A DNA stretch of 30,040 nt, from positions 1 to 30,040 of the IMG/VR virus record IMGVR_UViG_3300040971_000045; one strand, 5' to 3'. The DNA comes from a virus (taxonomy: Duplodnaviria; Caudoviricetes). Under the pieces are notes generated by a model, which ran no database searches, was not told the origin of the DNA, and worked only from the letters and a program-made list of their open reading frames with translations. A program made the position numbers and the translations under genes. This document shows positions 14,505 through 22,635 of this stretch, piece after piece (within the stretch, counting starts at the first letter, position 1; every line of letters starts with the position of its first letter).

Positions 14505-14909
14505 ATGGCAACTAAAAAACCAAAGAAACCATCAATATCAAAATTAAAGATAAAGTTGGATGCAGTTTATTCAAAATACATAAGACTAAAATATTCAAAG
14601 TTTGGAATGGTTAGGTGTGTAACTTGCGGAAAGCAATCACATTGGAAAGATATGCAAAATGGTCACTTTGTATCGAGAAAAGAAACTATCCTCAGGTGGG
14701 ATGATCGTAATTGCCACCCTCAATGTTGTGCTTGCAATGTATTTATGCACGGCAATATGGCAAATTATGCAGAATGGATGCTTAAAACTTATGGACAAGA
14801 TATAATTTCACAACTTAACAAGGAAAAGCAGGAAATATTTAAATTAAATACAAACTGGCTGGGGGAACAAATAAATATTTATACAAATAAAATAAAAGAA
14901 TATGAATAA
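14505..14909 (+). CDS. ninG: NinG/Rap-family recombination endonuclease
   Basis: YSKYIRL...CVTCG...QNGHFVSR...LRWDDRNCHPQCCACN...GN. Confidence 0.85.
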   Translation: MATKKPKKPSISKLKIKLDAVYSKYIRLKYSKFGMVRCVTCGKQSHWKDMQNGHFVSRKETILRWDDRNCHPQCCACNVFMHGNMANYAEWMLKTYGQDIISQLNKEKQEIFKLNTNWLGEQINIYTNKIKEYE

Positions 14910-15069
14910 TGAAAAAATACTAGATTTGTACCTAGAAAGAAAACAAATAAACGCTATCGTTGAAGATATCAAAAAGATTAGCCCTAAATGCTGGAAAGCT
15001 TTGCCCTTTCAAAATGCTTATGATGAAGCAAAAGAAGATATAATTTTAATGTTAAAAAGATATGAATAA
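14902..15069 (+). CDS. 55-aa hypothetical protein
   Basis: Overlaps both neighbours by 8 nt. Confidence 0.5.
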   Translation: MNNEKILDLYLERKQINAIVEDIKKISPKCWKALPFQNAYDEAKEDIILMLKRYE

Positions 15070-15244
15070 AATATTGTGTGTTTTAAAAGAAATATGGAGG
15101 AGTATATCTAGCTTACAGTTGTGGAGTGGAGGCTATCCGATAAGCGGACATGATTTTGTTGATATTGAAGAACATAAAAATTGCGCTGTAACCGTATCAA
15201 AGTGTGAAGTCTGTGGAAAAATAGATATAACTTGGCATAGTTAA
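15062..15244 (+). CDS. Small Zn-finger protein
   Basis: GHDF...CEVCG. Confidence 0.55.
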   Translation: MNKILCVLKEIWRSISSLQLWSGGYPISGHDFVDIEEHKNCAVTVSKCEVCGKIDITWHS

Positions 15245-15319
15245 AAATGGCTTATTTAAAGGTAAATAATCACGATAGAAAAATATAACATGGGAAACAT
15301 TTATTTTGACAAATAATAG

Positions 15320-15348
15320 TTGACATAAATTCTAAATAGGTTTATAAT
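15320..15348 (+). promoter_or_regulatory. Consensus promoter TTGACA-17-TATAAT
   Basis: Perfect sigma70 match in an intergenic gap. Confidence 0.85.
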
Positions 15349-15397
15349 TAAGACAATAAATATTTTGGAAAAATATGAAACAAATAATTTTTAATTT

Positions 15398-15430
15398 AAC
15401 CGCTTAATTTTTTAAGGTGGTTTTTATTTT
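15398..15430 (+). terminator. Intrinsic terminator about 50 nt after the promoter
   Basis: AACCGCTTAA/TTAA-G-GTGGTT followed by a T-rich tail. Confidence 0.65.
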
Positions 15431-15595
15431 ATGGAAACAGAAAAAACAGCAGAACAAATTGACCAAGAAGAGCGAGTAGCTAAATTTTAAGAAGGGTATA
15501 AAAAACTTGTTGAGGAATTTCAGATTGATTTTATTGCAACTATTCAACCAGTTATGAAGATTATGGATTTGAAGGATAATAAATCTAAAAATTAA
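15431..15595 (+). pseudogene. Small gene interrupted by an in-frame TAA (15488-15490)
   Basis: METEKTAEQIDQEERVAKF*EGYKKLVEEFQIDF... fills the gap exactly. Confidence 0.55.
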
Positions 15596-15599
15596 AAAT

Positions 15600-15854
15600 A
15601 TGTTTGAAAAAAAAGTTACACAAGAGGAAATGGAACACATTTTAAATCAAATGAATTTCGATATCATATTTTATGATTATTTAATGCCAAGAATATATGT
15701 AAAAGATTATAACGAAACTCCAGTAACCAGAGCAAATATTAAGTTTCTTGAAAATAAAGTTAATGAACAAGAAAAGATTATAAACGCTCTAATGGAATAT
15801 TTTGGGGTAGAAATTTTTGATGGAGTAGAAATAAGAAAAATAAATAAGAAATGA
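15600..15854 (+). CDS. Hypothetical protein
   Basis: ORF track. Confidence 0.6.
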   Translation: MFEKKVTQEEMEHILNQMNFDIIFYDYLMPRIYVKDYNETPVTRANIKFLENKVNEQEKIINALMEYFGVEIFDGVEIRKINKK

Positions 15855-16090
15855 TTGTCCTAGGCATTATTATCGGAATATTACTGTGTATTTTTGTGAT
15901 AGTAGTTCAAATTTGGCTCGATAGCAGACAAATAGGAGTTAAAAGACTAGAGACTATCATTAAGCAACAAATACGCCCCACAGCTCAAATTTTGAAACCA
16001 AGAAGCCAAAAAGAATTAGATATAAATAAAATAATTAGTGAAAATGACCGCAAAGGTGTGGACACTAGATTGGAAGATTTGAATAAATAA
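15851..16090 (+). CDS. N-terminally anchored membrane protein
   Basis: TM helix in residues 2-22. Confidence 0.65.
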   Translation: MIVLGIIIGILLCIFVIVVQIWLDSRQIGVKRLETIIKQQIRPTAQILKPRSQKELDINKIISENDRKGVDTRLEDLNK

Positions 16091-16092
16091 TT

Positions 16093-16587
16093 ATGCCTTC
16101 AGGAGTACCAAAAAATGGAATACATAGTGGACACTTTAAAAAGGGGCATAGTGGTTTTTGGAAAGGAAAAAATAGGAAAGTATCTCTCGAGACTAGGAAA
16201 AAAATGAGTTTAGCTAGAAAAGGAGGAAAAAAAAGTTTAAAAGCATATAAATTTCCAAGTGGGGAAAATCATCCAGGTTGGAAAGGTGGAATAACAAAAA
16301 ATAGTAATTATAATACTTTCCGATGTGCCAGAAGAAGATCAATGAGATTAAATGCTAGCGGTTCTCATTCTTTTGGAGAGTGGGAAAATCTAAAGGCTCA
16401 ATATAACTGGATTTGTTCGTGTTGCAAAAAATTAGAACCTAAAATAAAGTTAACAAAAGACCATATAATCCCATTATCAAAAGGCGGTTCAGATAATATA
16501 GAGAACATCCAACCATTATGTAGAAGTTGCAATTCTAAAAAAAATACTAAAACAATTTATTATAATAAAAGATTGGAAGATTTATGA
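16093..16587 (+). CDS. NUMOD3-HNH homing endonuclease
   Basis: SLETRKKMSLARKG; HPGWKGG; TKDHIIPLSKGGSDNIENIQPLCRSCNSKK. Confidence 0.9.
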   Translation: MPSGVPKNGIHSGHFKKGHSGFWKGKNRKVSLETRKKMSLARKGGKKSLKAYKFPSGENHPGWKGGITKNSNYNTFRCARRRSMRLNASGSHSFGEWENLKAQYNWICSCCKKLEPKIKLTKDHIIPLSKGGSDNIENIQPLCRSCNSKKNTKTIYYNKRLEDL

Positions 16588-16832
16588 AAGTTTTAAACTC
16601 AAGAATCCTCATAAAAATTAAAAACGCTGGAACGACAAAGTCCGGTATAATTTTGACATCAACGGATAAAATTATTGCGGAGGTTGGAACAGTTAAAGAG
16701 ATTGCGGAAGAAGTAACCAAAGTAAAAGTTGGCGATAAGGTATTATTTAAAAGTTGGTCGCTGGATTCAATAATTATAGAGGACGACACATTTTGTTTTT
16801 TGAGCGAGGATGATATAATTGCTATAATATGA
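16584..16832 (+). CDS. groES: Co-chaperonin GroES
   Basis: TTKSGIIL mobile loop, VKVGDKVLF, LSEDDIIAII. Confidence 0.9.
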   Translation: MKVLNSRILIKIKNAGTTKSGIILTSTDKIIAEVGTVKEIAEEVTKVKVGDKVLFKSWSLDSIIIEDDTFCFLSEDDIIAII

Positions 16833-17914
16833 AAATATTAAGTTTATTTGATGGAATTTCAATAGCACAACAAGCATTCAAAGAGCTTGGGTTTGAAGTA
16901 GAATATTATGCAAGCGAGATTAATAAGCAGGCTATTCAAATTACACAAAAAAATCATCCTAACACCATACAATTAGGGGATATAAAAGATATTGATTGCA
17001 CAAATGGATTATTGCATTACGGAAATGGGAGATTGGCGGAAACCGATATTTATTTTCTTATAGGTGGGAGTCCTTGCCAAGATTTATCAATAGCAAAGAA
17101 AAATAGAAAAGGATTGAGCGGGGAGCGTTCAGGTTTGTTTTGGGAGTATGTTCGTATCTTAAAAGAATTAAAACCGAGGTATTTTATTTTAGAGAATGTG
17201 GCAAGTATGCCGAAAGAAGCGAGAGATATTATCACAGAAACATTATGGGGAATTGAACCGATTATGATTGACGCTTCTTTAGTTTCCGCACAGCAAAGAA
17301 AGAGATTATTTTGGGTCGGCAGACTATCTAATGTTTCATCGAGTGTTTATAAAAAAGTAGAAATTTTTCAACCAACAGATAAAAAAATATACCTTAAAGA
17401 TATTCTGGAAGACGGTGAGGCGGTAAAAGAGAAAGTATATTGCCTAACAGCCCATCAAAAAGACTTCATAAACGATTTTATTAAAAGACATCAAGGGAAT
17501 TATGTTTTTAAGGATAAGCCAATAAGGATAGCGAGTATTGGCAAAGGCGGTCAAGGAGATAGAGTTTATTCAATCCACGGTAAAAGTGTTTGTTTATCCG
17601 CTAATGGTGGCGGTCGTGGTGCAAAAACTGGGCTGTATTTGATAACTGGAGGAGCGAAAAGAACGAGAGAGGGGAAGGGGAAAACATTAGAAATAAGAAA
17701 AGACGGAAAATCAAATTCTCTTACCACCGTTTCTACTGATAGCTTGGTGGTTCTGAAAGATTATTTTCGTCCACTTACTCCTATAGAGTGTGAGAGATTA
17801 CAGTCACTTCCAGACAATTACACAGAAGGGTTGTCAAATACAGCACGAAAAAAAGCACTTGGAAACGGATTTAATTGTGAAGTAATAAAACATATTTTAA
17901 AACAAATTAAATGA
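16829..17914 (+). CDS. DNA (cytosine-5) methyltransferase, orphan
   Basis: Motifs LSLFDG, GGSPCQ, LENV, QQRKRLFW, ECERLQ, LGNG. Confidence 0.95.
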   Translation: MKILSLFDGISIAQQAFKELGFEVEYYASEINKQAIQITQKNHPNTIQLGDIKDIDCTNGLLHYGNGRLAETDIYFLIGGSPCQDLSIAKKNRKGLSGERSGLFWEYVRILKELKPRYFILENVASMPKEARDIITETLWGIEPIMIDASLVSAQQRKRLFWVGRLSNVSSSVYKKVEIFQPTDKKIYLKDILEDGEAVKEKVYCLTAHQKDFINDFIKRHQGNYVFKDKPIRIASIGKGGQGDRVYSIHGKSVCLSANGGGRGAKTGLYLITGGAKRTREGKGKTLEIRKDGKSNSLTTVSTDSLVVLKDYFRPLTPIECERLQSLPDNYTEGLSNTARKKALGNGFNCEVIKHILKQIK

Positions 17915-18048
17915 TAAAAGAATGCAAAATTTGCAAAAGAAAATATTACTCAAAAGAGAATGAATATAATACTATTCAATATATGGATAATATGTGTGAG
18001 GAATGTGCAGATAATATTATAAGAACAAGCGATGGAACATCTACATAA
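17911..18048 (+). CDS. 45-aa Zn-finger microprotein
   Basis: CKIC...CEEC. Confidence 0.55.
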   Translation: MIKECKICKRKYYSKENEYNTIQYMDNMCEECADNIIRTSDGTST

Positions 18049-18241
18049 ATGTATAACTCTAGTAGATAATCACGAAGCAGTAGTCGATTATTGCCAAGAG
18101 TGTAAAACGAAACTAACGTACAAGAAATGCCGTTACAGCGGACGGATAGATAACAAAAAATATAGAGAGGAGCATAAGCGTGATTTTTTGCAGAGGTACG
18201 ATAAGTTGTATAAAAAATATTATCCAGAAAATGGTAACTAA
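18032..18241 (+). CDS. Small Cys/His protein
   Basis: ORF track; CQEC. Confidence 0.6.
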   Translation: MEHLHKCITLVDNHEAVVDYCQECKTKLTYKKCRYSGRIDNKKYREEHKRDFLQRYDKLYKKYYPENGN

Positions 18242-18249
18242 AAAACAAA

Positions 18250-18672
18250 ATGGGAACAATTAGGCAGAAATTAGTAGCAAAAAAAATAAAAAATACCATA
18301 GATAAAAATATACTAACAACAGGAGGTAAGATAGCGGAAAGTAGCGGATATAGTAAAAGTATGCAAGATAATCCTAAAAGAGTTTTTGATACTAAGGGAG
18401 TGAAAGAAGAATTATCTATTTTAGGATTTTCAGAAGTAGAAGCTGATGAAGTAGTTGGAGGTATTTTAGTTAATGGGACAAAAGAAGAAACTCAATTAAA
18501 AGCGGCTGATTTAATTTACAAAAGAACGGGAGCTTATGCACCTGAAAAATCTCAATCAGTTAATCTTAATCTCAACACTGAAATAAAAAGCTCAAAAGAA
18601 AGCAGAGACTTAGTTGATGAATATGAATCAAGAATGTCAGAAATGCTTAAACAGCCAAAAAACGAAGCTTAA
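18250..18672 (+). CDS. terS: Terminase small subunit (putative)
   Basis: Directly upstream of TerL; N-terminal HTH-like SGYSK motif. Confidence 0.65.
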   Translation: MGTIRQKLVAKKIKNTIDKNILTTGGKIAESSGYSKSMQDNPKRVFDTKGVKEELSILGFSEVEADEVVGGILVNGTKEETQLKAADLIYKRTGAYAPEKSQSVNLNLNTEIKSSKESRDLVDEYESRMSEMLKQPKNEA

Positions 18673-18714
18673 TTTTGACCTATGTGGTTTTTAAAATAAA
18701 TACAGATACATTGT

Positions 18715-20343
18715 ATGCTAGAAGAACTCTCGATACATGCTTTTATAGTTAAGTACGAAATAAAAAACGAACAAGGCACACCGATAGATTTTTATAATCA
18801 TCTTTTTCTTTTTGATATTTACAAAGATTTTTCTGCAAAGTTGTGTGTGATAAAAGCGGCGCAGATTGGAATGACAACTTGTGAAATTATTAAGAGTTTG
18901 TGGGCTGTAAAAAATAAAGGCATTGATTCAGTTTATATTCTGCCTACAGATTCTGATGTAAACACGATGGTTGGATCTAAAGTAAATCGTATCATCGCAC
19001 AAAATCCCATACTGCAACAATGGACCAAGGATAAGGATTCAGTTGCGCAAAAACAAATAGGTTCAAACTATATTCACTATCGAGGTAGTTGGAGCGAAAA
19101 GGCGGCAATTATGGTTACGAGCGACTGGAATATGTACGATGAAGTTGACGCTTGCAAACAAGATGTAGTTGAGCAATATTCAACTCGCTTGCAGCATTCC
19201 GCATTGAAATGGGAGCATTATTTTTCTCATCCATCATCAGTCGGGACTGGTGTGGACAAATATTGGCAAAAATCAAACCAAAAGCATTGGTTTATTACTT
19301 GTGGTAGTTGCAAGGAAGAACAGTTTATGGAATGGCCCAAGTCATTTGATATGGATAAGGAGATTTATGTGTGCAAATATTGTGGTAAAGAACTTACAAA
19401 CGAAGAAAGAAGAGTCGGAAGATGGGTTGCTAAATTCAAAGATAGGGAGTTTGTTGGTTATTGGATACCACTATTCATTGCACCGTGGGTTACAGCCAAA
19501 GAAATCATAGCTTATAACAAGGATAAATCAGAAGAATATTTTTATAACAAGGTTTTGGGATTGCCATATGTCGGTGGTGGAAATAAATTAACCAAGGCTC
19601 ATCTTATGCAGAACCTAACTGGCGAGCTTGTGATCACACCAGAAGATAATGAAAGGATTGTAATTGGCGTTGATACTGGCAATAATGTGCATTATGTAGT
19701 TGGTTGTGAGCAAGGAATATTCTATTATTCATACTTTAGCAAAGGTGAATTAAACTCATCAATTGATAAATACGAAGAACTGGAGCAGTTATTAAAGCGT
19801 TGGCCAAGAGCGGTAATGGTTATCGACCAAGGTGGAGACATTAAGGGTTCGCGCGAATTGCGTGCTAAGTATCCGGGCAGAGTGTTTCTATGCTCATTTG
19901 GTTCAGATAGAAAGACTAAGGAGCTTGTTAGATGGGGAAAGAATGATGAAGATGGCGCTGTGATTGCTGATAGAAATAGAAATATTCAGTTAGTTGTTGA
20001 TGAATTTATTGATGGTAAGATTTCATTGCAAGGAAAAGAGGATGATTGGTATGACTATTGGATACATTGGAACGCTCTCACGAGAATAAAAGAGTTTGAT
20101 CAGAAGACAATGGAAGTTAAGCGGAAGCTTTGGGTAAGAAATGGAGATGATCACTGGGCGATGGCTACAATCTATTGGCGAGTAGGTATGAGTCGGTTTG
20201 GCTCAATGGATAGCAAGGTCATTGGTGGAAAAGAATCAAAGGTAAAGGAGGCACCTGTTGTATATGCTAATCAAACAATTGACGCTAAATTCGCTTTAGG
20301 TCAGTATAAACATAAGAAAAAATATGATTGGAGAAAATTATAA
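18715..20343 (+). CDS. terL: Terminase large subunit, lambda GpA family
   Basis: KAAQIGMTT Walker A, YDEVD Walker B, CGSC/CKYC Zn site, IGVDTG nuclease motif. Confidence 0.92.
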   Translation: MLEELSIHAFIVKYEIKNEQGTPIDFYNHLFLFDIYKDFSAKLCVIKAAQIGMTTCEIIKSLWAVKNKGIDSVYILPTDSDVNTMVGSKVNRIIAQNPILQQWTKDKDSVAQKQIGSNYIHYRGSWSEKAAIMVTSDWNMYDEVDACKQDVVEQYSTRLQHSALKWEHYFSHPSSVGTGVDKYWQKSNQKHWFITCGSCKEEQFMEWPKSFDMDKEIYVCKYCGKELTNEERRVGRWVAKFKDREFVGYWIPLFIAPWVTAKEIIAYNKDKSEEYFYNKVLGLPYVGGGNKLTKAHLMQNLTGELVITPEDNERIVIGVDTGNNVHYVVGCEQGIFYYSYFSKGELNSSIDKYEELEQLLKRWPRAVMVIDQGGDIKGSRELRAKYPGRVFLCSFGSDRKTKELVRWGKNDEDGAVIADRNRNIQLVVDEFIDGKISLQGKEDDWYDYWIHWNALTRIKEFDQKTMEVKRKLWVRNGDDHWAMATIYWRVGMSRFGSMDSKVIGGKESKVKEAPVVYANQTIDAKFALGQYKHKKKYDWRKL

Positions 20344-20644
20344 AGAAAATGCTAAAATAATTATTGGATTATCCATAAAATATTATGATAAATATTATGA
20401 TACAGCAAAATTATTATTTAATATGTATCAATCGCACGGATTACCTGTTGAAATAGCTATTGATGAAATGGAAAAAAAGGGAAAAATACCAAACGACATA
20501 AAAGCATATCTGATTAGTGAATTTTTAATGTTTAAAATACACAATATGACTATAAGCGGAATAGGTGAAGAAAGATTAAGAAAAATGCAAATACAAAATA
20601 CAAGAGATGTTATTCGCATTTATAACACTGGCAATATAATATGA
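20324..20644 (+). CDS. Small protein resembling an alanyl-tRNA synthetase helical subdomain
   Basis: LFNMYQSHGLPVEIAIDEMEKKG resembles the AlaRS AFxLYDTYGFPxDLT..(A)xExG motif. Confidence 0.5.
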   Translation: MIGENYKENAKIIIGLSIKYYDKYYDTAKLLFNMYQSHGLPVEIAIDEMEKKGKIPNDIKAYLISEFLMFKIHNMTISGIGEERLRKMQIQNTRDVIRIYNTGNII

Positions 20645-20826
20645 TAGATACAAACAACGAAAACCAAAAACTAGCCCGGATACAAAGAGACTTATTGCTT
20701 CCAGCTCAAACCAATGAGGACAATGTTGATGTTGTCATTAAGATTCGCAATGGCGTTATAGTATGGGCAGAAACAGAATCAATCATAAAAGTGAGGGTTG
20801 ATTTTAAAGAAATTTTTAATATTTAA
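20641..20826 (+). CDS. Small protein, DUF2292/YezD-like
   Basis: VVIKIRNGVIVWAETESIIK beta-hairpin pattern. Confidence 0.4.
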   Translation: MIDTNNENQKLARIQRDLLLPAQTNEDNVDVVIKIRNGVIVWAETESIIKVRVDFKEIFNI

Positions 20827-20835
20827 TTATAATTT

Positions 20836-22407
20836 ATGAAACAAATCACACTAGAAAATACAAAACAAAGACTTAAAAACGGAGTGGACAAGTTAGCGGA
20901 TGTTGTGAAAATTACAATGGGCGGGATGGGGAAGAATGTAATTATTAGAGACGCTGTATTTAGCGAAGTTTCAATCATCAATGACGGCATAAACATTGCC
21001 AAGAGGATTGAATTAGACGATGAGGTCGAAAATACTGGGGCTATGCTGGCTAAATTAGCGGCCTATAAGACAGATGAAGAAGCAGGAGATGGCACTACAA
21101 CCACGATTGTATTGCTTCAAGCATACTTGAATGAGATGATGAAGATTAAAACTAATGACCAACGGGGTCTTAGAGATGAAATCAAAGCTAAAATAGACTC
21201 AATCATAGAAAAGATTGATAAAGAAAAGAAACAAATATCAGGTACAGATTTACTTAAGGTTGCTAAAAACTCCTCTCTTGATGATGAAATAGCTGAGGCA
21301 GTAGTTGAGGTGGTTAAAAAGATTGGTAAGAATGGCGTATATGACATTGAAGAGTCGTCTGTTAAGGGCATTCAGGTGGAAGTTGTTGATGGCATTCGGG
21401 TTGGAGTGGGATATTTAACACCATATTTCATTAATAACAATGAAAATGGCAAGGCAGAGTTTAGAAATGTGCCAGTATTGTTAGTTGATCAACGCATTGA
21501 AACTATCCACGAACTCGTGAAACTTATGGAAGAGATGATTAAACACGGAAAGAAGTCTATGGTTTTGTTCTGCAAGCAAATATCTGATGATGTTGTTGGG
21601 TTCCTAGTATCCAACAAAATGCAAGGAGTATTCCAATGTTGTGTAGTCAAAACTATTGAGATGAATGAACTTGAACTGGTAACAGGCGCTAAGGTTATAG
21701 CGGATAATAGCGCAAATGGATTTACTATGGACTCGTTGGGTATTGCTAAAAGTGTAAGTATCGGAAAGAAAGAATCAATCGTATCAGCTGGAAAAAACAA
21801 AAAAGAAATCAACGAAAAGATTGTAGAACTTAAAAGCCAAATGGAAGTAGCTGATGAGAATGAAAAGACTAAACTTAAAAAGATTATATCTAAACTTGAG
21901 AATGGTATAGCCACACTAAGAATTGGAGGTGAAAATATCCAAGAGACAAAGGAAAAGAAATACAAACTAGAAGACGCTATGAACGCTGTGATGGCGGCTA
22001 TTGATGATGGAGTAGTTGAGGGCGGTGGAATGACTTTGTACAGGATTGCAGAGGAAATACAAGGAGAAGATGAATCTAGTCAGTTGGTGCGGGAAGTTTT
22101 AAAGGCTCCATTCAAACAAATACTTCTTAACGGAGAAGAAAATATTGAAAAGGTTTTATCTTTATATACCCTAGCGCATCCAAACTTCTATCCTGAAAAA
22201 AAGGGATTTGAAAAAGTATCAAGTTATAAAAACTCAGGATATGGTTATAATGTCGTTACAAGAAAATGGGAGAATCTATTTAAGTCAGGCGTAATTGACC
22301 CGGCGAAAGTTGTTAAGTGCGCGCTAGCCAATGCATTTAGTATGGGTAATCAGATATTAACTGTTGAGGCTGGAATCATCGAAGAAAATCCAGAAGAAAA
22401 TAAATAG
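20836..22407 (+). CDS. groEL: Chaperonin GroEL (divergent, no GGM tail)
   Basis: GVDKLADVVKITMG, NDG, AGDGTTT, GYLTPYF, EDA, GVVEGGG, GVIDPAKV. Confidence 0.95.
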   Translation: MKQITLENTKQRLKNGVDKLADVVKITMGGMGKNVIIRDAVFSEVSIINDGINIAKRIELDDEVENTGAMLAKLAAYKTDEEAGDGTTTTIVLLQAYLNEMMKIKTNDQRGLRDEIKAKIDSIIEKIDKEKKQISGTDLLKVAKNSSLDDEIAEAVVEVVKKIGKNGVYDIEESSVKGIQVEVVDGIRVGVGYLTPYFINNNENGKAEFRNVPVLLVDQRIETIHELVKLMEEMIKHGKKSMVLFCKQISDDVVGFLVSNKMQGVFQCCVVKTIEMNELELVTGAKVIADNSANGFTMDSLGIAKSVSIGKKESIVSAGKNKKEINEKIVELKSQMEVADENEKTKLKKIISKLENGIATLRIGGENIQETKEKKYKLEDAMNAVMAAIDDGVVEGGGMTLYRIAEEIQGEDESSQLVREVLKAPFKQILLNGEENIEKVLSLYTLAHPNFYPEKKGFEKVSSYKNSGYGYNVVTRKWENLFKSGVIDPAKVVKCALANAFSMGNQILTVEAGIIEENPEENK

Positions 22408-22408
22408 C

Positions 22409-22438
22409 TTGACAGTATGCCGAAAGGTATGCTATAAT
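22409..22438 (+). promoter_or_regulatory. Late promoter TTGACA-18-TATAAT with extended TG
   Basis: Immediately after the groEL stop codon. Confidence 0.8.
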
Positions 22439-22474
22439 GTATGTAATTGAATAGTGTTGACCGTACAAGCGGAG

Positions 22475-22531
22475 ACCATATCAAAAATAGTGTGTGCTAT
22501 CTTTTCACATTATTGGCGATATGGTTTTTTT
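22475..22531 (+). terminator. Promoter-proximal intrinsic terminator
   Basis: ACCATATC/GATATGGT plus AATAGTGTG/CACATTATT, then T7. Confidence 0.7.
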
Positions 22532-22537
22532 GTTGTT

Positions 22538-22624
22538 TAAGGGAGTAATATAAAATCATCGCTTCGGCGAATGAGAATGGAGGAATGATACTCATTTCCA
22601 GAATATTAATATATTCCTCCCTTA
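22538..22624 (+). ncRNA. Branched RNA structure in the portal leader
   Basis: TAAGGGAGTAATATA/TATATTCCTCCCTTA closing stem; internal cUUCGg hairpin and a second hairpin. Confidence 0.55.
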
Positions 22625-22635
22625 GAAATTAAATT

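Noticed and set aside
20780-20836. CIRCE or heat-shock promoter for groEL
   Set aside because: No TTAGCACTC-N9-GAGTGCTAA; groEL follows the upstream gene after only 9 nt
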